DNA of 52,046 nucleotides from Azolla caroliniana (Eukaryota > Plantae > Polypodiophyta): NCBI GenBank assembly GCA_043228905.1, contig JBHGNT010000212.1, positions 1 through 52,046 of the forward strand, read 5' to 3'. Every line of letters starts with the position of its first letter. Within the stretch, counting starts at the first letter, position 1. A program made the translations under genes and the position numbers. This document shows positions 9,628-21,757 of the stretch, one piece after another. The notes under the pieces are model-generated. The model had not been told where the DNA came from. It saw only the letters and a program-made list of their open reading frames with translations, and ran no database searches.

Positions 9628-10723
9628 TGTGAAAGTGTTTTTAGAATTCAAGGTATTGAAGTCTATAAGAATATAAGGTATGGTGCGTTCACATCCGGAA
9701 GGCAAGATCACGAGCTAAGGTCTTGAGGATAAGTCAAACAAAAAGCAAGTCACGTGGAGAAAAGTAAAAGAAGAAAAAAGCGGGCACCAAAATGCAGTCT
9801 ACAACGAACACTCATAACTCATTCGTTTGGACGCCAAATATAATGTGTAAATATGGATTAGAAAGCTTATGACGAGAGCTATCCGTAGCTTTTTAAAACT
9901 CTAAATTTGGAGCATGGATGAGGGAGATATGACGATTAGAAGATCATTGTGTCATAGCTAAGAATAGGAGATGGAAAAGCTGTAAAAAAAGCGTGGAAAA
10001 GAAAGCAAGCGAAACTTATCTACTAGAGGAGAACTTCATATAAAGCAAGAAGAGTGAGGTGGTGAGGAGGAGCCTTTTTCTGGTGGGGTTTTTCTTGCCT
10101 ATTCATGTAGTGCGTTTTTTCTAGTGATCAATTCATCCTTGTAGGCTTGAATTAATAAGGAGTGATGATCATAGAAACAAGAGAAAGAAGATACATAAAC
10201 TCAAGCCTACAAGGATGAATTGATCACTAGAAAAAACGCACTACATGAATAGGCAAGAAAAACCCCACCAGAAAAAGGCTCCTCCTCACCACCTCACTCT
10301 TCTTGCTTTATATGAAGTTCTCCTCTAGTAGATAAGTTTCGCTTGCTTTCTTTTCCACGCTTTTTTTACAGCTTTTCCATCTCCTATTCTTAGCTATGAC
10401 ACAACGATCTTCTAATCGTCATATCTCCCTCATCCATGCTCCAAATTTAGAGCTTTAAAAACCTACGGATAGCTCTCTTCACAAACTTTCCAACCCATAT
10501 TTACACATTATATTTGGCTTCCAAACGAATGAGTTATGAGCGTTCGTTGTAGACTGCATTTTGGTGCCCGCTTTTTTCTTCTTTTACTTTTCTCCACGTG
10601 ACTTGCTTTTTGTTTGACTTATCCTCAAGACCTTAGCTCGTGATCTTGCCTTCCGGATGTGAACGCACCATACCTTATATTCTTGTAGACTTCAATACCT
10701 TGAATTCTAAAAACACTTTCACA
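9628..10723. repeat. Long inverted repeat (523-bp arms, 50-bp spacer) made of two tail-to-tail truncated LTRs
   Basis: 9628-10150 is the reverse complement of 10201-10723, with roughly ten mismatches seen. The spacer 10151-10200 matches LTR sequence 12832-12881. Confidence 0.93.
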
Positions 10724-13392
10724 TTTAGCCCTCCCCCTTGCTTTTTTGTGAACCATTTATGGTGAACCCTAAGCTACTAATAAAACTAAAGGTTCTCCTT
10801 CGCCTTATTCATGGCTATAGACAAAGAAGGAGAAGATAAATAGAAAAGAAACAAACTATGTGAGTAAAACCCCCGCTAGTCGATAGGAAAAACCTCACAC
10901 TTCTAAACACACACACATACACATTGACAATTGCCATCACCATCTTTCTCCTTGTCAACACAAAGAAAGAGGTTACAACAATTAGTATATCTTCATCAAC
11001 TTTCCAAACAGAAGTAGGTCTATGTGATACATAACTCTTGATAGAAGTAAGCATGTTAACATATGAATAAATCTTTCGAGCGAGCGAACCTTTTGTACAA
11101 ATACCTTCAAAGCTTCGAGACTTGTCAGAATTGTCATATTTTGAATTATGTCAATCTTTGCTTCATCAACATGACTTCCTTCTTGGCACACCACATTCTC
11201 CACATTACCTTGTTTTTTATGTATGACCATTTCATCTAGAATCTCATCTCGAAAAGGAAGCAAAAATAAATCTCGTTTGGTTGAATCATTCAAGGATTGG
11301 AAGTTGACGTCTTTCTCCTTTGGAACAACCACAATAAGTGAGACAAACTTCAAATTCTCCAACTTGATGTGGTGCTTGATGCCTTCTACTCTTATCTGTG
11401 AATACTCATTTATGAATAACTTTGTAAACTTAAAAAAGAGAGAAATAAACCTTAGATCCTCTCCTCCTTGGACATCGTTTGAAATCATCTTCTTTTTCCC
11501 CTTTAGGGTGATAATACTTTTCTCTTCAATGACTTCTTCTTCCTCCTTAGACACCATGTGGAATGATTTGTTTTCCCTATCCCACGAATATTCATCAATT
11601 GTTATGCTTTCCTCTTCTTGCTTCCCAATGTCGATAGATGATTCCTTCTCCTTTATACATTTGATTAGTTGTGGTGGATCCTTTGATGGTGATAAGTTAA
11701 TGATACTCCAATCATGCATTACAAGTAAATCTCTTGGCTCTTGGTCAAATTGTTGTTGAAGAGTTGATGCCCACATAACTTTGTTGCTACTCAATGCAAA
11801 TCCAAAACATAAATCATGCACGAACACCTTCATACACTGCAACTTGGCACTTACCAATGCTTCCTTACACGCATTGATCTCCAAAAGCCAATCTCCAGCT
11901 ATCACTTCTAGGTTACCTTCTTCATCTTGCAACTTCGTTGTGGGTACTTCACCATCAACAACTTCTTTTGTCATATCTTCCATTTCATCTTGCACATATT
12001 CATCATCAACCACCATATCACTTGTTGTATCAATAATGTCCTCAACATGATGTACATTGGAATCACCATCCATAACATCGCTTCTCATAACTATCTCCTT
12101 AGATTCGTCTTTCACATCATCATTCTTTATATCATGGTTGTCCTCATGAACTAGATGGGGTAACTCCACATTCATCACCTCTTCTTCATTGTCTCTAGAA
12201 TCACCTTCATAGACATCATTATAACTCCAAAAATTAGAATAATGATATGAGGGAACCTGTTGAATCGGACATTGCAAGTAGGCTGGTTGTTGGCTCATGA
12301 CCGATCCACAATTATTATAGCTTGGATTTATGGTATATGACGCCGATAATCCATATGCTTCACCGAATAACAACTTCTTCAATTGTTGATCATAACTTTG
12401 ACATACTCGAAGCAAATCATGGAAAGACCTTGGGTACTTCATATGCACTTCATATTGAAAATATGGATCTAGCCTTGCTTTGAATCTTTCCATCTTGAAG
12501 TATACATCTTCAACGCCTCCAACAAGTCCAATCCAAGTGGACCATATATCCAAAAACGTCTTCTCATACTCGAGGTAGCACATTGGTGAAACCATACGCA
12601 ATTGGAAAAGTTCTCTTCGTAGATCTGTCGCATCGCGAACTCCATATCTTGCCATTAGTTTGATGATGAATCGGTAGATCCAACCATCAATTAGTGGACA
12701 ACCGTTCCTCCCGTTATACAGAAAGGATCGACCCTCCCTGGAGCGCCAAAAATGAAAAGAGAGATATGATGATAGAAAAGAGAGAGAAGGAAGATATAGA
12801 AACCCAAATCTACAAAGATATATTAATAAGGAGTGATGATCATAGAAACAAGAGAAAGAAGATACATAAACTCAAGCCTACAAGGATGAATTGATCACTA
12901 GAAAAACACACTACATGAATAGGCAAGAAAAACCCCACAAGAAAAAAGCTCCCCTCACCACCTCACTCTTCTTGCTTTATATGAAGTTCTCCTCTAGTAG
13001 ATAAGTTTCGCTTGCTTTCTTTTCCACGCTTTTTTTACAGCTTTTCCATCTCCTATTCTTAGCTATGATACAACGATCTTCTAATCGTCATATCTCCCTC
13101 GTAGAAGCTCTAAATTTAGAGCTTTAAAAACCTATGGATAGCTCTCTTCACAAACTTTCCAATCCATATTTACACATTATATTTGGCTTCCAAACGAATG
13201 AGTTATGAGCGTTCGTTGTAGACTGCATTTTGGTGCCCGCTTTTTTCTTCTTTTACTTTTCTCCACGTGACTTGCTTTTTGTTTGACTTATCCTCAAGAC
13301 CTTAGCTCGTGATCTTGCCTTCCGGATGTGAACGCACCATACCTTATATTCTTGTAGACTTCAATACCTTGAATTCTAAAAACACTTTCACA
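10151..13392 (-). mobile_element. Non-autonomous Tat-like Gypsy derivative (gag plus pol remnants), related to 22695-29659
   Basis: 5' LTR 12753-13392 and truncated 3' LTR 10151-10723. PBS TGGCGCTCCAGGGAGGG (~12732-12748) and PPT (10724-10740) match those of the 22695-29659 element. Confidence 0.9.
10982..12655 (-). CDS. 557-aa Gag-like protein fused to an acidic linker and short RT/connection fragments
   Basis: N-terminus aligns with the gag at 28403-28843 (RELFQLRM..FKMERFK). C-terminus has GIKHHIKL, IVVVPK, KRDLFLLPFRDEILDE and VFVQKVR..ERFIHML, but no YxDD. Confidence 0.8.
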   Translation of the reverse strand: MARYGVRDATDLRRELFQLRMVSPMCYLEYEKTFLDIWSTWIGLVGGVEDVYFKMERFKARLDPYFQYEVHMKYPRSFHDLLRVCQSYDQQLKKLLFGEAYGLSASYTINPSYNNCGSVMSQQPAYLQCPIQQVPSYHYSNFWSYNDVYEGDSRDNEEEVMNVELPHLVHEDNHDIKNDDVKDESKEIVMRSDVMDGDSNVHHVEDIIDTTSDMVVDDEYVQDEMEDMTKEVVDGEVPTTKLQDEEGNLEVIAGDWLLEINACKEALVSAKLQCMKVFVHDLCFGFALSSNKVMWASTLQQQFDQEPRDLLVMHDWSIINLSPSKDPPQLIKCIKEKESSIDIGKQEEESITIDEYSWDRENKSFHMVSKEEEEVIEEKSIITLKGKKKMISNDVQGGEDLRFISLFFKFTKLFINEYSQIRVEGIKHHIKLENLKFVSLIVVVPKEKDVNFQSLNDSTKRDLFLLPFRDEILDEMVIHKKQGNVENVVCQEGSHVDEAKIDIIQNMTILTSLEALKVFVQKVRSLERFIHMLTCLLLSRVMYHIDLLLFGKLMKIY

Positions 13393-13455
13393 CAAGGTTG
13401 CACTTTGGCGTATGCCATTGTAATTATGAGACTTGAGGGTAGGTAACGTACCAAA

Positions 13456-14143
13456 TGTTGGGAATATGTCCCTCTAGTGGGAGGAAGAACCGACTGATCG
13501 GAAAGCCGACAGTTGATGACAGGGAAGATCTGATTGTTCTGAAAGTTGACAGTCGAAGAGTCGAAAATAGTGAGTCGACTATTATTATTATAGTAATAAT
13601 AATAATGATGATGTGTGGAAACAAGTCCCTCCAGATGGGAAAGAGAGAGGAGCCGAGTTGATGAGTGACCAGAAACGAGAAACGTGTATATAGCCAACTT
13701 GGGAGACTATAATTGTAAATAGTCTAAGTGTGTGCGCCCCATGAGGGCTATGTATGTAAATAACCAGAAAATTGCGTAAGTATATACGCAACTAGGGCAA
13801 ACTTTAACCGTGTGACAAACAGAGTAGAAACAGAAGTTGTAGTGTGTAGGAGAGCGAGAGAGAGAGAGTGTGTGTGAGCCGTGCCATAGCTGTGTGAGTA
13901 ACAGCAGACCTGAAGAGCCTTGTGCGGCTGATACACTCGACAAAGTGTTGTATTCCTCTTGGTGTTGTATATCCACTTTGTATAGTGAAGATTCTGTTCA
14001 CCCGTGGTTTTCCCCATTTTAGGGTTTCCACGTAAATCTCTGTGCACCATTGTTCATCTTGTCTTTTCTTGGCATATTTCTGTGATTCGTATTTCAATGC
14101 ATAGTTCGTTTATTGTGATCTATTCTACAACGATTTCTCAACA
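13456..14143 (+). mobile_element. Ty1/Copia solo LTR
   Basis: TGTTG...CAACA termini; TSD CCAAA/CCAAC (4 of 5). Shares TGTAAATA, TAGGGCAAA and GTGGTTTT..GGGTTTCCACGT motifs with the other Copia LTRs. Confidence 0.75.
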
Positions 14144-14782
14144 CCAACAAAGTTTGTGGTAAACTAGGGGGAAATAAGGACTCTTGACATATATGTTTCT
14201 TTTAAAAATATATATATGGGCAAATGCCTTGCATATCTCTTATACGCATGAAACATTAAACATTCAAAAAGAGCAACCTAATTGGTTAGCTCAAGTGTTT
14301 AATGCATTTGTTCTCGAGGTCTCGAGTTTAAATATAACCAAGACCATACAACATTGTTGATACATATTGACTATAACACATGTTCAGACTTGAGGTCTAA
14401 GTGCACTTCAGGGTCCTCGTAATAGGACTTAAAGAGCCGAAACCACATATGTGGGCACCAAAACATAGTTTATTGTTAACATTTTTTTTGTGTATAAACT
14501 ATTCATGACGCGAACATACATGGTTGAGCCTTGGGTAACCGCCATGAAAAAAATTGATATAGAGATCAGGGAAAGATATTTATTTGTCACCCCCATGGTT
14601 TTTAAAACACCTTTGTGTTACCATAGTAACTTGATCTTGAACCTCATCTCATAAGTCTAGAGGGGTATTGACGTGAGATCATGATATCGATTCATGTTTG
14701 CCCATGATATGTCTACATCACGACATGATGTTATGACTATTTGTCTGACCTTATCCTATTTCTTTGCCAGAAATAACTATTC

Positions 14783-16288
14783 AATGGCTCAAAATAACGA
14801 CCCGATGTCATCCGCTCAAGCAAAAGGAACTCAAGGAAATCCTCCTGGACAAATTTCCATTGAGATGTGTTTTTCACAAATAAGCCAATACCTTAGTTTC
14901 ACCGCTCAACAGATGACCGAACTTCAGCAATCTCAAAGTGCTCTTAAGACACGTGTCATTAGTTTACAACGTGAGACTAATAGACTTGATGAGCGATAGG
15001 GTGAACCATCGTTTGTCATTAAGCCATTTACGGGAGAAAAAAAGGAAAGAACCGAAGAAGCAATCTGCACATGGCTGGGCCGATGGGAGTCTCATTTTGA
15101 GCTCTATCCCACGTCAGATAGTATGAAGATTGCATATGTCGGCCGAGAACTAGGAGGTAAGGCTGCTGCGTGGTGGCGTAGGCTTCAAACTTTGGGGAAA
15201 TTGCTCGATACCTGGATAGATTTTGTCACAGTTTTTAAGGGCCAATTTCAGCAACCTCCCTCTCAAACTGAGGCAACACAAGCTTTAATGAACCTCTCTA
15301 GCAGGAAGTTTTCCTTGCTAGAAGACTATGTCCACCATGCTAGAACCCAAATCCAAAATTCGGGTCTAGAAGGGGACAATTGGTTAATAGCTTGTTTTGT
15401 CAATGGCATCCCCAATTTGGACTATCACTGGATAGTGCATGATAAGGATCCAAAATCCTTCGAAGAGGCCATTAAAATAGTTCTTCGCTATCAACACACT
15501 TCGAAGAAGGACCACAACAAACCCAACGAAGCGCCCGGGACTAAGCAGTCACAATTCGCTAGGAAACGCAAGACACCCAACGAATTCATGGATCGCGATT
15601 GTAAGCAACAACATCCTTTTTGTGTATTTTGAAAAAAGAAGGGTCATACAAAAGAGCAATGTCCAAAGCTCCAACAGAAAGAGCACAACAGCAAAGCTAA
15701 AGCTGCAGACCATAAAGGTCAGATTCCTAATGTCGTTCAAGTCTATACACATCATTTAAGTAATTGTCAATGTTCTTTCCCTCACTATGTATTCGGTCCC
15801 AATGATTTACTACGTGCAAACGGGTATATCAATGGATCTCCTGAACAATTTTTGTTTGATTCGAGAAGCTCACACAACTTTGTGAATGATAGTTTGGTTC
15901 AGATATGGGGAATCCAACCCACCATAAGTGATCACACCTATACGGTGCACTTGGCTAATAGAAGAGTACAATACATCAACGAGGCGATTCATTCATTAGG
16001 AATTTCTATTCATACTTATATAGAGGAAGTAGACTTCCATGTAATGAATCTTTGTACCACTTATGTAATACTGGGTTATCCTTGGTTCTATAATAAAAGC
16101 TCTTCTTTATCTATTGATTGGGTTCATCAATTAATTACATTTGTACTGAACAATTGTACTCATTTTATTGAATGTGTTAAAAAACAATCTCTTTCAATTG
16201 TTTCCTCTCCATCAATATCTGAGTTGTCTTGTTCTACTCTATTTTATTGTGTACTTGATCTTGACATTCATGTTTACAATATCGATAA
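14783..16288 (+). pseudogene. Decayed gag-protease of an old chromodomain Gypsy (piece 1 of 3)
   Basis: KIAYVGRELGGKAAAWW gag, broken zinc knuckle at ~15620, protease FDSRSSHNF and ILGYPW. Contains stops and frameshifts. Confidence 0.85.
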
Positions 16289-16962
16289 TGTTAGGAAATA
16301 GGTCCCTCTGGATGGGAAGTGAGAACCGGATGACGAGTACCCGGCAACGGAAGACCCGGTGAGAACCGGATGTGGCGTACTCGGCAATGGAAGACCCGGT
16401 GAGGACCGGATGTGGCGTACCCGACAATGGAAGACCCGGTGAGAACCGGGTGTTGCAGGCCCGGTGAGAACCTCTCATCAGATGGAAGGGACATATATGT
16501 AAATATGTTCTAGAGAGCCCATTGGGGCTATATTTGTAAATAGCCCGAAAGTCATATCAGTATAAATATGACCTACGGCAAAGACGAGGATGTAGAGTTA
16601 TTGGTGTAACTTCTGTAACTGTGTACAAAGAAGAGAGAGAGAGAGAGAGGAAGAGGTTGTTGCCTCTGTTGTAACCGCTTGGTGGCAAAGCGAGGGAGTA
16701 AGAGGTCGTTGCCTCTCTGCCCCATTTTTGTATTACTTTACATAGTGATATTTTGCAGTCTGAGGACTGTCGTAGTTTTTTCCCATAATTGGGTTTTTCC
16801 ACGTTAACATCTTGTGCACTCTCTTCTTTACTGTTTCGTGCGTAGATACATCTTCCCACATCCCTTATTTCTGTGATTGATCCAACGTCTCAGTTGTGGC
16901 CGAGCATAGCTTAGGGAACCGTATTCCTGTCAAATTGGTATCAGAGCGAAACGACACCGAAA

Positions 16963-19900
16963 ATGGACAAATTGTTGGGAGGCATGTTCAAGCTCACCGG
17001 CTCCAATTACTCAGTGTGGAAGTCGAAGATGAGGGACATGCTCGTGGTTAAAAATCTTTGGTTGCTGGTTCAGTTCGAGGACAAGAGACCGGACAAAATC
17101 GATGCCACGATATGGGAGGTGGTGCACATGAAGACAACGACGTACATACAGTGCTTTATCGACATGAGTCTATACAACAACTTCAATGAAGAGAGCAAGG
17201 CTCATGAGCTCTGGGAGAAGATTGACATTATGTTTCAGATAAAAAATGTTGTTAATCAGGTTTCGGTATTTCGGAAGCTAGTAAGACTCCGGTACCAAGA
17301 TGGCTCCAACATGGCGGAGCACATGAATGCCTTCCAGGGGCTGATCCACCAGGCAACATCATTGGAAGTACCTCTCGCCGATGAGGTACTAGCACTACTC
17401 CTGCTCGGTTCCCTCCCAGATAGCTGGGAGACGTTGGTTGTCACTTTGGGCAACGCTGGGCCGGAAGGAAAACGGTTATCCCTGGCAAGAGTGAAGTCGA
17501 GCTTGCTAGATGAGGAGGCACGTTGGAAAGACAAGGATACTGACGGGAACTGGTCGTTCTTTATGCGCAACGCTCGGCCACAATCGAGCTTAGAATGATA
17601 CATAGAAAACGGGAAATAAGATGCGACAGAAAGAAGAAGAAAATACACAGGAGGTTTACGTGGAAAACCCCAAACTAGGGGAAAAACCACGGCAGCCCAC
17701 AGGCTGCAAACTGTCACTATGTAAGAATGTACAAAACAGTGAGTTCACGGAGGCCACGACCTCGTGCTCACGATCTTCGCCACAGGCGGCGGTTACAACA
17801 GAGGCAGCGACCTCTTTTTCTCTCTCTCTCTCTTTGTACAACGTTGCGTACTCTCTCTTCTTCTTGCACCAACAAGAAGAATGACAACAACTCACTAAAG
17901 GTTTGCCCTAAGTCATATTTATACTAATATGACTTTTCGGCTATTTACAAATATAGCCTCGATGGGCTCTCAGAAACATATTTACGAATATGTCTCTTCC
18001 TCCGGTTCTCACCGGGTTTGCGTCATCCGGCTCTCCGTAGCCGGGTGCTCCTCATCCGGTTCTCACCGGGTCTGCGTCATCCGGCTCTCCGTAGCCGGGT
18101 GCTCCTCATCCGGTTCTCACCGGGCCTGCACCATCCGGCTCTCCGTAGCCGGGTACTCCTCATCCGGTTCATACTGGGCCTGCACCATCCGGCTCTCCGT
18201 AGCGGGGTACTCCTCTTCCGGTTTCGGCCGAGGCCTATCGGCCTCGGCCGAGCTCGTTCATCAGCACTGTTCTTCTCCCTTCCCATCCGGAGGGACCTGT
18301 CTCCCAACAAATACGAACTCCGACTCCAAAGCGCTCATTACCGAATCGGAACGCGGAAGACAAAGGAACCGTAGTCCCTAGAACCGGAAGAAGTCGGGGA
18401 CACGGTCAAAGTCAAGGGGGAAGCCTACCTGCTTCTATTGCGGCAAGCCGGGACACTTCCAGAAGAATTGTCGGCACTTCAGGAAAGACAAGGAAACCGA
18501 TGGTACCGATTTGAAGCGGACACCGGACCGGAACGGTAAAGACTAGAGGGGAACGGACCGGAAGGGAACGACGGCAATCACGGCAAGTGAAGAAGAGTTG
18601 ATGCTCATCACCGAGGAGAGTGAGCTAAACCTTGCCGGCGATGAGATGACCTGGGTGGTCGACTCCGGAGCGTCGTTCCACCTTACCCCGGACCGGAAAT
18701 GCTTCTCATCCTACTCAGCTGGTGATCACGGCTGTGTCCAGATGGGGAATGAAGGTACATGCCGAATTGTCGGCATAGGAGACATGTGGTTGACAACACC
18801 AACCGGATGCAAGCTGCTGCTGAAGGATGTCCGACACGTTCCGGAGGTTCGACTGAACCTGATATGAGCCGGTCAGCTAGATGATGAAGGCTACACGGGT
18901 AGCATCCAGAATGGTGTTATGAAGTTTAGCAAAGGGAGCCTGATTGTGGCTCGGGCCTGGAAGTCAACACGCTGTACTTGATGAATGCCCGGTTATGCCT
19001 GGAGGAAGTGAACGTGGCATCCGACACTGTCGATGAGCTGTGGCACAAAAGGCTGTGTCACATGAGCGAGAAGGGGATGAAGACGCTTGTAGACGAAAAC
19101 CTCATTCTAGTGAAGAACGTGCACTTGGAGAAGTGCACTGATTGTCTGGTAGGTAAACAAAACCGAACCTCCTTCTGATCGACGCCACCGATGAGACGTA
19201 ATGCACCACTGGAGTTGGTGCATACTGATGTATGTCAAGTGGACACGAAGTCACATGTCGGATCGCAGTACTTCGTGATGTTCATAGATGACCACAGCCG
19301 GAAGCTGTGGGCCACACCATTGAAGACGAAGGATCAGGTGCTATCCGTCTTCAAAGAGCTCCACGTGAGAGTGGAAAGAGAAACCGGCCGGAAGCTGAAG
19401 GCGGTTCGAGCAGATAACGGAGGTGAATACCGGGGGCAGTTCGAGGAATGCTGTTGCTCGAAGGGAATCTGGCTCGAATTTACAGTGCCGAAGACGCCGG
19501 AACTAAACGGGCTGGCCGAGAGGATGAACCGGACCATAATGGAGAGGGTCCGGAGTATGCTGGCGCATGCAAAATTACCCAAGACATTTTGGGCTGAGGT
19601 GCTGTCAACAGCGACGTATGTGATAAACAGATCACCCTCAGTGCCCTTGGATGGAGACACACCGCAAAAGGTGTGGACCGGTCAGGAAGTGTCCTACCAG
19701 CATCTGAAGGTGTTCGGGTGTCTCGCGTACGTGCATGTTGCTAAGGACCGGAGAGGAAAGTTGGATCCAAAGACCCGGCCATGCATATTCCTCGGATACG
19801 ACGATGAGGAGTTCGGCTACCGAGTGTGGGATCTGGTTGACAAGAACGCTTTCCGGAGCCGAGATATTATCTTCATGGTGGACAAGACTCTTGCCGACTG

Positions 19901-21757
19901 GGAGTCAGAGAAGAAGATAATGAACTCCGATGAGATTCGGACACACCCGGTTAAGAGCCGGTTGACACTCGAGGAACCAGCCGGTTACGGTGAGGATACC
20001 AAACTGGCAGAAGAAGAAGTAGAGGAAGTTGAAATCAGAACCGGCCAAGAGCCCGAATCGGATTCAGATGAAGATCAAATAGTGGAGCCGGTTGCCGAAG
20101 GCCAAAGACGGAAATATCCTCTCAGGGAGAGAAGGACCCCCGGAGATTTCCGGATGCAGAGCATGTGCTACTGACCGATGAGGGAGAGCTGGAAAGCTTT
20201 GAAGAAGCAAAGGATGACACCCACAACCGCAAATGGTTAAGTGCCATGCAGGATGAGATGGATTGCCTGCATGAGAACCATTCATACGAATTGGTGGAGT
20301 TGCCGAAAGAAAAATGGGCACTCCGAAATAAGTGGGTGTACATGTTGAAACCGGGAGATGCCGGCAACCCCCCAAGATACAAAGCCATGATCGTGGTGAA
20401 GGGGTTCCAGCAGAAGAAGGGCGTGGACTTCGACGAGATATTTGCCCCGGTAGTAAAGATGAACTTCATCCGGACGGTGTTGAGTATAGCGGCAAACATG
20501 GACCTTGAGGTAGAGTAGCTGGACGTGAAGACGACATTCCTTCATGGTGACCTCGAAGAGGAGATCTACATGCAGCAACCGGAAGGATTCGTGGAGAAAG
20601 GGAAGGAGCACCTGGTTTGCCAGTTGAAGAAGAGCCTGTACGGACTGAAGCAGGCTCCCCGACAATGGTACCGAAAGTTCGACTCCTTCATGACCGATCA
20701 AGGGTACCACAAGATGCAGGCCGATCACTGCGTATTCGTGAAGAAGTTCGAAGGAGGCAACTTCCTGATACTCCTTCTGTACGTGGACGACATGTTGATC
20801 GTCGGACGGGACCAAGCCAAAATACGGATGCTGAAGAAGGCTCTCAACCGAACTTTTGCAATGAAAGACTTGGGTCCAGCAAGACAGATGTTGGGGATGT
20901 ATATCATCTAGGACTGGCCAAAGAAGCAATTGTGGTTATCACAGGAGAAGTACGTGACAAAGGTGCTTCAGCGGTTCAACATGTCAGACGCGAAACCGGT
21001 CGGATCGACACTTCCGGCAAACTGCAGATTATCCGGTAAGCAAAGCCCGAAGACGAAAGTAGAGAAGGCGGATATGATGAAGGTGCCATATGCCTCTGCC
21101 GTCTGGAGCTGAATGTACGCAATGGTGTGTACTCGACCGGATATTGGATACGCTGTCGAAGTGGTGAGCCAGTTTATGAGCAATCCTGGCAAGGAGCACT
21201 GGAATGCGGTTAAATGAATACTCCGGTACTTGAAGGGCACTTCGAATATGTGTCTCCGATTAAGCTCCGGTAAACCTCAACTTGACGGTTTTACCAATTC
21301 GGACATGTCGGCTGATGTGGATACTAGCCGGTCTACATCCGAGTATGTAATGACATATGCAGGGGGAGCTGTTTCGTGGCAGTCGAGGCTGTAGAAGACG
21401 GTTGTGTTGTCAACCACGGAGGCGGAGTATATGGCGGCTGTGGAAACCGTCAAGGAAATATTATGGATGAAGGACTTCATCGGATAGCTCGGTATCCGGC
21501 AAGATGAATATCGGCTCTATTGCGACAGTCAAAGTGCCATCCACCTTGGTCAGAACGCAGCGTACCATTCCAGGACGAAGCATATCCAGCGTAGGTATCA
21601 CTGGATCCGGGAGCGCGTAGAAGATCGAGAGTTCGCGTTGACAAAGATCCACACGGCCGAGAATGGGTCAGATATGTTGACCAAAGTACTGATACCCGAC
21701 AAGCTGGATGCATGTCAGAAGCGGATCGAACTAGTAAGACATCCCATGCCGGAGTGA
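16963..21757 (+). pseudogene. Copia gag-pol pseudogene
   Basis: WVVDSGAS, LWHKRLCH, VHTDV, ADNGGEY and LLYVDDM motifs. Multiple stops and frameshifts. Closely similar to the intact ORF at 34566-38633. Confidence 0.93.
17541..18309 (-). mobile_element. Copia solo LTR inserted antisense into the gag of the 16289-22491 Copia
   Basis: Minus strand TGTTGGG...CCCGTCA; TSD GATAC/AATAC; host gag resumes after 18310; four 54-bp repeats at 18001-18216. Confidence 0.88.

Noticed and set aside
9628-13392. Treating the fold-back as the terminal inverted repeats of a DNA transposon
   Set aside because: The ends are LTR termini with PBS and PPT, there is no transposase, and the flanks share no TSD.
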